The notes under the pieces were generated by a model. The model was not told where the DNA came from and did no database searches. It saw only the letters and a list, made by a program, of their open reading frames with translations. 64,000 nt of DNA from NCBI GenBank assembly GCA_964220215.1, contig CAXPTH010000006.1, positions 1-64,000 on the forward strand. The letters are read 5' to 3'. Source of the stretch: Alteromonas sp. (GTDB lineage: Bacteria; Margulisbacteria; Marinamargulisbacteria; UBA6595). Positions within the stretch are counted from its first letter, which is position 1. Each line of letters starts with the position of its first letter. Below are positions 19,635-29,854 of this stretch, piece by piece. A program made the translations under genes and the position numbers.

Positions 19635-20692
19635 ATGAATTTAGTTTGCACCATCACCTCGGGTGGCGTCAAGCCAAGGTGCTTGTAGGCTTCGGGACGT
19701 GCCATGCGACCTCGAGCGGTCCGGTCAATAAATCCAATTTGCAGCAAGTAGGGTTCGTAGACATCTTCTAATGTGCCCACATCTTCAGACAAACTGGCAG
19801 CGATGGTGTCAATACCAACGGGTCCGCCGTTAAAATGCTCGATAATAATGCGCAAATACTGTCGGTCAATTTTGTCTAAGCCCAGGTCATCAATGGCCAA
19901 GGATTCGCATGCATCGGCGACCAGTTCTGGGGTAATGGTGGCATTGTTGTGGACTTGGGCCCAATCCCGGACCCGTTTGAGCAATCGGTTGGCAATTCGG
20001 GGCGTGCCTCGAGACCGTCGGGCTAATTGATGGGCCGAATCGTCTGAAATCTCAGTGTCCAAAACCGTTGCGGCACGCCGAATAATTGTGGCGAGGTCCT
20101 CATGGGTGTAAAATTCCAGCCGTTCCAAAATTCCAAATCGATCCCGTAAGGGAGCGCTCAGCAACCCCACACGGGTGGTGGCGCCAATGAGGGTGAAGGG
20201 TTGCAAATCCAATCGAATGGAGCGAGCGGCCGGGCCTTTGCCGATGATAATATCCAGTTGGCGGTCTTCCATGGCGGGATACAACACTTCTTCAACGACG
20301 CGTTGCATGCGGTGAATTTCATCAATAAATAAGACATCACCGTGTTGCAAATTGGTTAAAATAGCGGCCAAATCCCCGGCGCGTTCGATGGCGGGCCCGG
20401 ATGTTGTTTTAATGTTGACGCTCATTTCATTGGCAACAATTGTTGCGAGCGTTGTTTTGCCCAATCCGGGTGGGCCGTGCAACAAAACATGTTCGATGGG
20501 TTCTTGGCGTTGCTTGGCGGCTTGAATAAAAATGCCTAAGTTTTTTTTAATGGTGGTTTGCCCAATAAAATCACCCAGTTCTTGAGGGCGTAGTGAGGGG
20601 GTTTTGGGGTCATCAAATAAAGGGGCTGAAGTAACAATGCGTTCGGGATCGTCTGCAAAATTATCCGATGGGGTATGCTGCTCAATCATCAC
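19631..20692 (-). CDS. ruvB: Holliday junction branch migration helicase
   Basis: [49 protein letters not shown]. Confidence 0.98.
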   Translation of the reverse strand: MMIEQHTPSDNFADDPERIVTSAPLFDDPKTPSLRPQELGDFIGQTTIKKNLGIFIQAAKQRQEPIEHVLLHGPPGLGKTTLATIVANEMSVNIKTTSGPAIERAGDLAAILTNLQHGDVLFIDEIHRMQRVVEEVLYPAMEDRQLDIIIGKGPAARSIRLDLQPFTLIGATTRVGLLSAPLRDRFGILERLEFYTHEDLATIIRRAATVLDTEISDDSAHQLARRSRGTPRIANRLLKRVRDWAQVHNNATITPELVADACESLAIDDLGLDKIDRQYLRIIIEHFNGGPVGIDTIAASLSEDVGTLEDVYEPYLLQIGFIDRTARGRMARPEAYKHLGLTPPEVMVQTKFI

Positions 20693-20800
20693 GTATCAGT
20701 GTAGCATAGATTGATTGGGATCCCCTTGATTTATTTTTATCATCCAATCTTTAAATCAGTACACTAGCCTCCTAAAAGTTCTTAAATCTAACTAAAAAGT

Positions 20801-21077
20801 CCCCTAAAGCCCCCTAAATCCCCCTAAAGGGGGACTTGTGATACGGATAATCTCAAAAAAAAAGAATTGGGAGTGACACTTAGACGACACCATAGTATTG
20901 GGGTAATTTTAGATAAAGCAATTTCAACAATCTAATATTCGCCTACCAAAGTCCCCTTTAGGGGATTTAGGGGCCTAGGGGGGGCATTGACTTTTGTATT
21001 ACAAGTCCCCCTTTAGGGGATTTAGGGGGCCTAGGGAGATAGAGGGCCTAGGGATTTAGTGGCCTAAATTTAGGGGC
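20801..21077. repeat. REP/MITE-like intergenic element of CCCCTAAA/TTTAGGGG units
   Basis: Left arm 20809-20844 and right arm 20996-21030 are near-perfect inverted repeats; an extra copy lies at ~20949-20985; degenerate ~10-bp tandem units flank both sides. Confidence 0.8.
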
Positions 21078-21086
21078 TACTATTAT

Positions 21087-21935
21087 CTATAACAACACCG
21101 CCAATTGCGTTGCTGAAATAGACAATGGGGAGTCTGGTCGAACCCCATCCCCATCGCATTGAATGGGCTGATGGGTATGCAGGGTCGCGCGAGTGATGGG
21201 AATATGCTGAACCTGGGGGTGCCAGTGCGTTTTGCCAAGCACGAGCAAGACCAAGAACCATCCCCAGCTCCACACAGACCCAAACCGATGCACAATAGCC
21301 GTGAGCTCAGGCGTTGTTAATGGGTTGGGGGTTAACACAAATGGGCCCGCATAGTGTGGCGTGTTGGTAATGATGCACCCCGTTCCAACATAAGACTGTG
21401 TGGGCGTTTCTAATACAACCGCAGGGCGATTGGCAATTTGACCACACTGACGAATCAGTTCAACCGCGTAGGCATAGCGACCGATCCACCGTTTGAGGCG
21501 TACGGACACATGGTGCACAATACTGGCGTCAATACCGGTGCTGATGGCCATTAAAAAAGGCTGTGCATTGGATAGTCCCATCCGAATGGATCGAGGGGCC
21601 CAGCGACGCAATGCGGCGTAGTCTGTATTTCGGCGGGTGATTCCCAATGCATGGGCCAGTACATTGCAGGTGCCCAATGGGGTAATGCCAATCGGGACAT
21701 TCAGCCCCATGCGGTGCATATCGGTCACAACGTCCCGAATAGTGCCGTCGCCGCCCATAATCCAGACCGCATCGATGGGGGAATCGGGCCATATAAAGTG
21801 GCGGGTTTGCGTATTAAACTGGGTGACATGGCTTACGGTCATGCCCAAGGCCTTGGCGCTTGTTTCCAATTGCTGCGCATCCCGAATGCGATAGTTCCCA
21901 GCGTTTGTATTCGCAATACAAACAATATGGGTCAT
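21087..21935 (-). CDS. Diacylglycerol/lipid kinase family (YegS/DagK-like)
   Basis: IANTNAG, MGGDGT, PLGTCNVLA, GIDA, QCDGD. Confidence 0.88.
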   Translation of the reverse strand: MTHIVCIANTNAGNYRIRDAQQLETSAKALGMTVSHVTQFNTQTRHFIWPDSPIDAVWIMGGDGTIRDVVTDMHRMGLNVPIGITPLGTCNVLAHALGITRRNTDYAALRRWAPRSIRMGLSNAQPFLMAISTGIDASIVHHVSVRLKRWIGRYAYAVELIRQCGQIANRPAVVLETPTQSYVGTGCIITNTPHYAGPFVLTPNPLTTPELTAIVHRFGSVWSWGWFLVLLVLGKTHWHPQVQHIPITRATLHTHQPIQCDGDGVRPDSPLSISATQLAVLL

Positions 21936-22735
21936 GGTGTCACCAGTAGGGCTTCGGCGATACTCGCAATGGTATCGGATCGGGTATTTTCGGGGAGTCC
22001 GTCCGTTAAAATCGTGAGCACATAAGCGTTGTTTCCGTGTATAATCAGGCCGGCATCGTGCCGAACCGAACCGAGTGTTCCAGTTTTGTTGGCTACACTA
22101 TATGAACGCGGTAGTCGATGGGGAATCCCCCACCGATAAATTTGTTCTTTCATATGGCTCAAGACGTGCTGAGTAAGTAAGGGTGAGATTAATTCATAGC
22201 GGGCCAGTTTTATCAGCAATTGGTGAATATCCATGGCGGTGGTTTGATTGGATTGAGGTGGCTGGGTGAGTCTGGGGTTTTTTAGCCAGGTACTGCCCAT
22301 GCCTATTGTTTGTATATAATTATTAATGGCGTCGCGTCCCAAATGCTCAATCAGCATGATGGTGGCTGTGTTGTCGCTGTAGCGCATCATCATATCCGCT
22401 AAGCTGTCCAAGCGATACCGGTCTCCGGGTTTGTGGGTTTTTAGAATTCCAGCACCGGATTGTGTGTGGTGATCGTGATACACTATTGTATCGGATTCCA
22501 ATAGCGTGCCCGATTCTATGCGATTGTATAAGCAGGTTAAAATAGGCAATTTAATTAAACTGGCTGGGTTGTAGCGTTGATGGGGGCGCCAACTTTGGGT
22601 GTGATTGCTGCCTAAATGGGTCCACACGAGGCTAATATTATTAGAAACCGGTTCAATTAGTTTTACAACATGTGGGGGTAGTGCATAAACAGGGATAACA
22701 ATGAGTAATAGGCTTAGTGTGCGACAGTAGCCCAT
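21932..22735 (-). CDS. Serine hydrolase, class A beta-lactamase-like
   Basis: Signal-like N-terminus, ASLIK (SxxK), SDN, KTG, HDAG. Confidence 0.88.
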   Translation of the reverse strand: MGYCRTLSLLLIVIPVYALPPHVVKLIEPVSNNISLVWTHLGSNHTQSWRPHQRYNPASLIKLPILTCLYNRIESGTLLESDTIVYHDHHTQSGAGILKTHKPGDRYRLDSLADMMMRYSDNTATIMLIEHLGRDAINNYIQTIGMGSTWLKNPRLTQPPQSNQTTAMDIHQLLIKLARYELISPLLTQHVLSHMKEQIYRWGIPHRLPRSYSVANKTGTLGSVRHDAGLIIHGNNAYVLTILTDGLPENTRSDTIASIAEALLVTP

Positions 22736-23973
22736 ACGGATTCAATGGGGGTTTGTTTATGAGCATCCACTGGCCCAATAGCGGTTAATCCGGCTTGTGC
22801 GAGATCCATGGATGCCATGACATGCTGAATATCGGGTAAGCTGACGGCATCAATTTTATCCAAGATAGTTGTGACTGGTCGTAATTCTCGATAATAAAAC
22901 CACGATTTTGCCAGGAACATCATCCAACTGGTACTGGTTTCTAAATTAATAGCAAAGCTACCTTTAATGTAGCGTTTAACTTTGGTTAATTCATTCGAAT
23001 CAATGCCGGTTGTGTTTAAATCAGAAAATAGCGAACGAATCACAGATAGCGTGGGGGTATATTGATCATTGCTCACGCCACCGGCAATAACCAAGGATCC
23101 AGTGGCCTCATAAAAGCTACAGGCTGAATAAATGGAATAGGCCCAGCCCCGTTTTTCACGAATTTCTTGAAATAGTCGGGAACTCATGGTGCCGCCCAGT
23201 ATGGTCGATATCATGGAAAATGCGTATCGGTTGGGGTCTGTGTAGGCGCACGCCTGAAGCCCGAGACAAAAATGGGTTTGCTCGGTTTGTTTATGAATCG
23301 TTGTGCATACGGGATTAATGTCGGGGGTGAGTGAGTCTAAAATAAGGGTGCTGGTGGGTGGTGTTGGAAAATAAATGGGAATCATATCAAGGAGTGCATT
23401 GACGCTGGCAGAGGCCCCCGCTATCGACACAATCATCTGACTGCGTTGCCAATAATAGTTTCGAAAATCGCGTAAATTGTCACTATTAATTTGAGCTAGG
23501 GAGTTGGGTGTCCCTAAAATACTATTCGAAAAAGAGCTGTTGGCCCAATAATCGCTATACCACAACTCGTGGACTAAATCTTCTGGCGAATCGTTGATCA
23601 TATTAATTTCTTCTAGAACGACTTGGCGTTCTTTGTCGATATCGGACTGATTTAAGTTGGAGTTTAATACCAAATCACTGATTAACCCCAAGGCGGTTTC
23701 GGCACAATCGGCGGGTACTGTGATGTAATACAACGTGTACTCACGATCCGTCATGGCGTTAATATAGCCACCCATATTATCCACGAGTTCAACAATGGCT
23801 TTGGCTGTGTAATTGGGCGTGCCTTTAAAGCACATATGCTCTAGGAAATGGGCTTCTCCCCCCATAGACTCTTGAGCGAGTCCAACCCGAACAAGAACGC
23901 CGATGGAAACGGACTGAAAATGGTCGTTACTGTGGGTAACGACCGACAAGCCATCGCAATCAATGTGCTGCAT
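22714..23973 (-). CDS. M16 (pitrilysin-family) zinc peptidase
   Basis: AHFLEHMCFKGT (HxxEH), INAMT, GGTMSSRLFQEIREKRG.AYS; downstream of pnp. Confidence 0.93.
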   Translation of the reverse strand: MQHIDCDGLSVVTHSNDHFQSVSIGVLVRVGLAQESMGGEAHFLEHMCFKGTPNYTAKAIVELVDNMGGYINAMTDREYTLYYITVPADCAETALGLISDLVLNSNLNQSDIDKERQVVLEEINMINDSPEDLVHELWYSDYWANSSFSNSILGTPNSLAQINSDNLRDFRNYYWQRSQMIVSIAGASASVNALLDMIPIYFPTPPTSTLILDSLTPDINPVCTTIHKQTEQTHFCLGLQACAYTDPNRYAFSMISTILGGTMSSRLFQEIREKRGWAYSIYSACSFYEATGSLVIAGGVSNDQYTPTLSVIRSLFSDLNTTGIDSNELTKVKRYIKGSFAINLETSTSWMMFLAKSWFYYRELRPVTTILDKIDAVSLPDIQHVMASMDLAQAGLTAIGPVDAHKQTPIESVWATVAH

Positions 23974-26057
23974 TATACCGGTTCAAGCGCAATTTTATCG
24001 CCATCGACCGATAGTACGTGGACCGATATCGTGTCACCCGATTCCCATTGATCTTCTATTCGTTCATGCCGTTCTTTTTTGAATTTTGAAATATGGGCCA
24101 ATCCAACACACCCGGGGAACAGTTCAACAAACATGCCAAAGTTGACAATTTTCACCACTTTTCCGGAATACGTTTCACCGGTTTCAACGGTTTTAGTCAT
24201 GCCTTCAATGATGCTGCGCGCTTTGTCTAAACTGGCTTGATTTTTCGCTGAAATAGACACAAGCCCTTTGGTGCCATCTTCCACAATGACTTCGGCACCG
24301 GATTCTTCTTCTATTTTACGAATGGTGGAGCCACCCGAACCAATGACCATGCCAACCTTGCTGGGGTCAATCGTGATGTGCTCCAACCGGGGAGCATTCG
24401 CAGACAAAGTATTCCGAGGCGTATCCAACACGGCGGTCATCGTGCCTAGAATGTGCTCACATCCGGCTTTGGCTTGATCCAAGGCTTCTTTTAAAATGGC
24501 CTGGGATAGACCGGCTACTTTAATATCCAATTGCAAGGCTGAAATACCTTTGGCACTGCGAACCACTTTGAAGTCCATATGGCCAAAGAAGTCTTCCATG
24601 CCTTGGATATCGGATAAGATAACATGATCGGATTCCGTCAGCAACAATCCCATGGCAATGCCACAAATGGGCCGTTTAACGGGAACGCCACCGTCCATTA
24701 GAGCCAAACAGCTCGCACACACCGAGGCCATCGAGGACGACCCGTTGGATTCTAAAATTTCGGATACCAATCGAATGGTATAGGGGAAATCCGCATAATC
24801 GGGTAAAATCGCTTCCACTCCACGACGAGCCAAAGCCCCATGGCCGATTTCACGGCGACTCAAACGCCCCATGTTGCCGACTTCACCCACCGAATAGGGG
24901 GGGAAGTTGTAATGAAACAAATAATTCAAATCCCCGTCATCGTCGTTTAACCCATCTTGCATTTGGGCATCGTTGGCGGTACCCAGGGTCAAGACACCCA
25001 AACTTTGGGTTTCGCCTCGGGTGAATAAGGCTGAACCGTGGGTGGATGGCAACACACCTGTCTCAACGGATATGGGCCGAATCTCGGTGGGTGTTCGCCC
25101 ATCGGGGCGTACTTTTTTGGTAATCATAATCCCTTGAATAACGGACTTTTTAACTTGGCTATATAGGCGAGATATAAACTCTGCGTTGTCTTGAGTTTCG
25201 TTTAAAAATTGCGCACAGGTTTCAGTTTCAATTGTGGTTAGTGTGTCATGAAGAGTTGCTTTATCGGGAGCACTAAATGCGGCTTCAATAGGCCCTTGGA
25301 TTTGTTGTTCAATGCGTGCGGCAATATCCGAATCCCACTCAACGGGGTCCAAGGCAATTTTAGCTTTTCCGGACTGCCGAACCAATGTTTTTTGGATATC
25401 AATGCCGGACTGCAAGGACTCATGTCCGTATTGAATCGCCGCCATCATTACCGATTCGTCCACCTCTTTTGCACCGGCTTCAATCATAAATATCGCTGAT
25501 TCACTGCCAGCAATGACGGCGTCTAACTGACTGGTTTCAGTGATGCAACGATCAACATGAAAAGCACCCGCTGTGTCTTGGGTGACTAACGATGCTGAAA
25601 TGGGCGTTTCGAACGGAATGTCTGATACGCTCAATGCAGCCGATGCCGCAATAATTGCGAAGGCTTCGGGTTGAATGGTTTGATCATAACTCAAAACGGT
25701 GACCACCACTTGCACATCCCGAGTAAACCCTTTGGGGAATACGGGGCGCAATGATCGGTCAATCAACCGAGCGGTAAGGGTGGCTAAGGTGCTGGGGCGT
25801 GCTTCGCGCTTGAAAAATCCGCCGGGAATTTTTCCTGCGGCATACATTTTTTCTTGAAATTCAACGGTTAAAGGTAAAAAGTCAACCCCGGGTCTAGGGG
25901 CTTTGCTCATGGTTGCTGTTGCGAGTAAGACCAGATCGTTGCATTTTAATACAACAGATCCGTTGGCTTGCCGAGCCATTTTACCGGTTTCAAGTGTGAT
26001 TGTTTGATTGTTAACCGTTGCTGTAACGGGTGTGTCTGCGACACAATGCATGGGCAT
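23973..26057 (-). CDS. pnp: Polyribonucleotide nucleotidyltransferase
   Basis: DFLPLTV, GKIPGGFFKRE, HGSALFTRGETQ, RREIGHG, SNGSSSMAS, KH and S1 domains. Confidence 0.98.
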   Translation of the reverse strand: MPMHCVADTPVTATVNNQTITLETGKMARQANGSVVLKCNDLVLLATATMSKAPRPGVDFLPLTVEFQEKMYAAGKIPGGFFKREARPSTLATLTARLIDRSLRPVFPKGFTRDVQVVVTVLSYDQTIQPEAFAIIAASAALSVSDIPFETPISASLVTQDTAGAFHVDRCITETSQLDAVIAGSESAIFMIEAGAKEVDESVMMAAIQYGHESLQSGIDIQKTLVRQSGKAKIALDPVEWDSDIAARIEQQIQGPIEAAFSAPDKATLHDTLTTIETETCAQFLNETQDNAEFISRLYSQVKKSVIQGIMITKKVRPDGRTPTEIRPISVETGVLPSTHGSALFTRGETQSLGVLTLGTANDAQMQDGLNDDDGDLNYLFHYNFPPYSVGEVGNMGRLSRREIGHGALARRGVEAILPDYADFPYTIRLVSEILESNGSSSMASVCASCLALMDGGVPVKRPICGIAMGLLLTESDHVILSDIQGMEDFFGHMDFKVVRSAKGISALQLDIKVAGLSQAILKEALDQAKAGCEHILGTMTAVLDTPRNTLSANAPRLEHITIDPSKVGMVIGSGGSTIRKIEEESGAEVIVEDGTKGLVSISAKNQASLDKARSIIEGMTKTVETGETYSGKVVKIVNFGMFVELFPGCVGLAHISKFKKERHERIEDQWESGDTISVHVLSVDGDKIALEPV

Positions 26058-26347
26058 TAGTGAATGCTATGCGTTTTAATGTCTAAACGCTCAGTAACAT
26101 CAGTAAATGTATCAAAATCGCTGTGCTTTAAGTATTTTAGCAGTCGACGGCGACGGCCCACTTTTTTCAATAGACTGTGGCGCAAATGGTTGTCTTTTTT
26201 GTGCGCTTTTAGGTGCTCTGACAAGGCCAAGATGTGGCTGGTTAATAGTGCAATTTGAACGGCTGCCGATCCGCAGTCTGTTCCGTGTTTTTGATACGAC
26301 TCAATAATGCTGGCTTTGTTCGACTTAAATTCCTGTGCTGGACCCAA
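26057..26347 (-). CDS. rpsO: 30S ribosomal protein S15
   Basis: DCGS..VQIALLT, HLKAHKKD, KVGRRRRLLKYL; TTG start behind AGGAGG. Confidence 0.96.
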   Translation of the reverse strand: MGPAQEFKSNKASIIESYQKHGTDCGSAAVQIALLTSHILALSEHLKAHKKDNHLRHSLLKKVGRRRRLLKYLKHSDFDTFTDVTERLDIKTHSIH

Positions 26348-26458
26348 TGGTATTCCTCCTAAGTTTCTATACTAATATTCCACTAAACTATTGTTTTGTT
26401 TTTTATCTCTTCTTATTATACTTTAAATAACCCAGTTTGTCAGCTATACTATTGGGAC

Positions 26459-26803
26459 ATGAGTGCGGAAATGACCATTACTGTTTTAAAATCCAAATTG
26501 TCGTATGCGGTTGTCACCCAAACGGAGTTGTATTACGAAGGCAGTATTACCTTAGATTCTGATTGGATGCGGGCGGCTGATATACGAGCGGGGGAACAGG
26601 TGCACGTGGTTAATATTAATAATGGGGAGCGCTTGGTTACCTATGCGATTGCAGGCAAAGCCGGGTCGGGTATTGTGGCCTTAAATGGCCCGGCGGCGCG
26701 GTTGGGTGCGGTTGGGGATCCAGTGTTTGTCCTAACGTATGCACAAATACCAGCCAGTCATACTTTGGAGCCGACGGTTTATTCATTAAAAAAGACCTCA
26801 TGA
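26459..26803 (+). CDS. panD: Aspartate 1-decarboxylase proenzyme
   Basis: LKSKL, YEGSITLD (G/S cleavage site), NGERLVTYAI, LNGPAAR. Confidence 0.93.
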   Translation: MSAEMTITVLKSKLSYAVVTQTELYYEGSITLDSDWMRAADIRAGEQVHVVNINNGERLVTYAIAGKAGSGIVALNGPAARLGAVGDPVFVLTYAQIPASHTLEPTVYSLKKTS

Positions 26804-27630
26804 ATGTGTCCAATTGGCCGTTGGATGGGGTCATGCATGCGGTGGGTGTTGGGGTGGATATCGTTGTTGTTTACAGTTTGGTTTACTACTTGCTGCGTTG
26901 GATTCGAAATGTACACTCGCTAGCAATTATTCGGGGGGTGGTGTTTGTGGGGTTTTTATATGTTGTCTTTCAAGTGTTGCAATTGCATAGCATTAACTGG
27001 GTCTTGAGCCAATTAACCAGCGTTTTTCTAATTATTTTAGTGGTTGTGTTTCAACATGATTTGCGCCGATTGTTGGAACGCTTGGGGGATCCGCGTTGGT
27101 TTATGTCTGTGGATTTATACAATAGCCAGGAATCCACACGGGTGATTAAGCAATTGTTGCGTGCCGTGGATATTTTGTCGAAAAAGAAAATTGGGGGGCT
27201 TCTGGTTATTGAAATGAATACGGATTTAAGCCCGTATATTAATACCGGGATTAAAGTCGACGCGTCTGTCAGTGCTGAATTATTGGTGACATTGTTTTGG
27301 CCCAATTCGCCCACGCATGATGGAGCCATTATTTTGCAAAAAAACAAAATATCATCGGTGGATTGTTTGCTGCCCTTGTCTGAGGCGTATTTGATTGATC
27401 GCTCAATTGGGACTCGGCATCGTGCGGCGTTGGGATTGTCGGAATCAACGGATGCTTTAATTGTTATTGTTTCAGAAGAAACAGGGATTATTTCATTGGC
27501 TGAAAATGGTAATTTGACCCGGTATTTGAATCGGGAGGCATTGGAAGCCCGATTTTTTAAATTATATAAAGAGCCAGTTGCTCATGCGAAGCCAGTGGGT
27601 TGGTTAAAATCATGGTTAACCAAAGCATGA
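26800..27630 (+). CDS. cdaA: Membrane diadenylate cyclase CdaA
   Basis: Three N-terminal TMs, HDGA, GTRHRAALG, VSEETG. Confidence 0.94.
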   Translation: MNVSNWPLDGVMHAVGVGVDIVVVYSLVYYLLRWIRNVHSLAIIRGVVFVGFLYVVFQVLQLHSINWVLSQLTSVFLIILVVVFQHDLRRLLERLGDPRWFMSVDLYNSQESTRVIKQLLRAVDILSKKKIGGLLVIEMNTDLSPYINTGIKVDASVSAELLVTLFWPNSPTHDGAIILQKNKISSVDCLLPLSEAYLIDRSIGTRHRAALGLSESTDALIVIVSEETGIISLAENGNLTRYLNREALEARFFKLYKEPVAHAKPVGWLKSWLTKA

Positions 27631-28418
27631 CTAAAACGACGGTGCTATCCCTGCAACAAAAAAAACAAATGGGCGAGCCGATTGTCTTGTTGACAGCGTA
27701 TGATTGTATTATGAGCCAACTATTGGCTGAAGTGGGGGTGGATATTGTGTTGGTGGGGGACTCGTTGGGTAATGTGTTTCAGGGGGATACGACCACTCAA
27801 TCGGTTACAATTAGCCAAATGGTGTATCACACAGCCGCGGTGCGTCGCGGTTGGCCGGATGGTTTTATTGTTGCGGACATGCCGTTTATGACAGCCGTTG
27901 TATCGGAGGCGGATACCGTTCGGCATGCGGGGCGTTTGATTCAATCGGGTCGGGCGGATGCGGTTAAAATTGAGGTCATGCATGCCCGTCAGTTGCCGTT
28001 GTTGGCGGCCGTTGTTGCCAGTGGGATTCCGGTGATGGCACACATTGGGTTTACGCCACAAGCGGTGACCCAATTGGGGGGGTATCGGGTTCAAGGGCGT
28101 ACAGATGCCTCAGCGGCTGCGTGTTTGGAATTGGCGAAGCAATGCGAAGCCCAGGGGGTATTTTCGGTGTTGCTGGAATTGGTGCCGGATGCGGTGTCTA
28201 AACAAATTACAACGGCTGTATCGGTACCGGTGATTGGTGTGGGAGCGGGCCCATCGTGTGACGGTCAAGGGCTTGTCAGTACCGATGTGGTGGGTTTATC
28301 CCCTAAGGTACCCAAATTTGCTACTCAGTATGCGGATGTTCGATCCAGCATGAAACAGGCCTTTTCGTCGTTTCAAGCAGAAGTATCGGATGGCTCGTTT
28401 CCACCATCGTTTACATAG
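27627..28418 (+). CDS. panB: 3-methyl-2-oxobutanoate hydroxymethyltransferase
   Basis: LTAYD, LVGDSLG, ADMPF, AVKIE, HIGFTPQ, GVGAG..CDGQ. Confidence 0.96.
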   Translation: MTKTTVLSLQQKKQMGEPIVLLTAYDCIMSQLLAEVGVDIVLVGDSLGNVFQGDTTTQSVTISQMVYHTAAVRRGWPDGFIVADMPFMTAVVSEADTVRHAGRLIQSGRADAVKIEVMHARQLPLLAAVVASGIPVMAHIGFTPQAVTQLGGYRVQGRTDASAAACLELAKQCEAQGVFSVLLELVPDAVSKQITTAVSVPVIGVGAGPSCDGQGLVSTDVVGLSPKVPKFATQYADVRSSMKQAFSSFQAEVSDGSFPPSFT

Positions 28419-28428
28419 GCGTGCACCC

Positions 28429-29787
28429 ATGATCCAATTGTACGATACCTTGCACCAAGAAAAACGGGAATTTAAACCACTCAATCCCCCAGCCGTATCC
28501 ATGTATGTCTGTGGGGTGACGGTCTATGACGTGTGTCATATTGGGCATGCTCGGGCCTATGTTGTGTTTGATATGCTCAAGCGGCATTTAGTGGGGTCTG
28601 GCTATACGGTGAACCATATTCAGAATTTTACGGACATTGATGACAAAATTATTCGCAAGGCGGCGGAACAGGATGTGCCCATTACAACCATTACCGAGCG
28701 ATATACTCAGACATTTTTTGATGACATGGCGGCTTTAAATATTCAGCCGGCGAACCACTATCCCAAAGCAACGGAGCATATAGCTGAAATTATTGCATTA
28801 ATTGAGCGATTGTTGCATGTGGGGGCGGCGTTTGTGCATGCCAATGGGGATGTGCTGTTTTCAACGGCGGCCTTTGATGGGTATGGCAAATTGTCTAAAA
28901 AAGTATTGGATGATTTGGAAGCCGGGCATCGGGAAACGGCGCACTCGATCGAATCCCCCAGCTTGGATTTTGTGTTGTGGAAGCAGTCAAAGCCAGGCGA
29001 ACCAGCGTGGCCCAGTCCGTGGGGGTCGGGGCGACCGGGTTGGCATATCGAATGCTCGGCAATGGCGATGCAGTATTTGGGCGAGCAAATTGATATCCAC
29101 GGCGGTGGCGAGGACTTGGTGTTTCCGCACCATGAAAACGAAATTGCACAATGTGAATCTTGTACAGGTAAGCCATTTGTACAATATTGGATCCACAATG
29201 GGTTTGTTACCCTGCATCGTCAAAAAATGTCCAAGTCCTTAAACAATACGATTACGATTCGGGATTTGTTGAATACGGTTGACCCGGGAGCGATTCGCTT
29301 GTATTTGTTGCGTACGCATTATCGAACGCCGTTTCAGTTTTCTTGGGATGGTTTGGAAGAAACTCGACGATCGTTACACAAGCTGCGCGCATGTTTAGCG
29401 GATCCCGAAACGCAGGCGCCAACGGCCATACAAGCCGCTGAATTGGACCACTTACACCAGCGCTTTACGCAGGCGTTGGACGATGATATCAATACAGCCA
29501 TGGCGGTGGGCGTATGCTTTGAGATAGTGCGGTATATCCAAACCCAGGGAGTCGGGCGGCGAGTGCTGCAAAATTGCTTGGATTATTTGGGCATTGCATA
29601 CGCAATGGAGACCTCAGAAACACCGGCCTTGCCCGCAGTGTGTGAAGCGTTAATGGCCGAGCGTGAAACGGCACGGGCCCAAAAAGATTTTGCACGATCG
29701 GATCAGCTGCGTGATGAGTTGCTTACCCATGGCATTGTGGTAAAAGATGCCCGAGATGGCACAACCTGGGAGTGGGTCAAAGGCTAG
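28429..29787 (+). CDS. cysS: Cysteine--tRNA ligase
   Basis: YVCGVTVYD..HIGHAR, NFTDIDDKII, GRPGWHIECS, FPHHENE, KMSKS. Confidence 0.98.
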   Translation: MIQLYDTLHQEKREFKPLNPPAVSMYVCGVTVYDVCHIGHARAYVVFDMLKRHLVGSGYTVNHIQNFTDIDDKIIRKAAEQDVPITTITERYTQTFFDDMAALNIQPANHYPKATEHIAEIIALIERLLHVGAAFVHANGDVLFSTAAFDGYGKLSKKVLDDLEAGHRETAHSIESPSLDFVLWKQSKPGEPAWPSPWGSGRPGWHIECSAMAMQYLGEQIDIHGGGEDLVFPHHENEIAQCESCTGKPFVQYWIHNGFVTLHRQKMSKSLNNTITIRDLLNTVDPGAIRLYLLRTHYRTPFQFSWDGLEETRRSLHKLRACLADPETQAPTAIQAAELDHLHQRFTQALDDDINTAMAVGVCFEIVRYIQTQGVGRRVLQNCLDYLGIAYAMETSETPALPAVCEALMAERETARAQKDFARSDQLRDELLTHGIVVKDARDGTTWEWVKG

Positions 29788-29854
29788 TACCAACGCACAA
29801 ACTTTGATACACTAAACTTTGTTGTGTTCAAAATAAATCGTAAGGAGTAACCAT

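Noticed and set aside
20769..21077. Possible CRISPR array
   Set aside because: Copies are inverted and irregular, there are no constant-length unique spacers, and no cas genes are present
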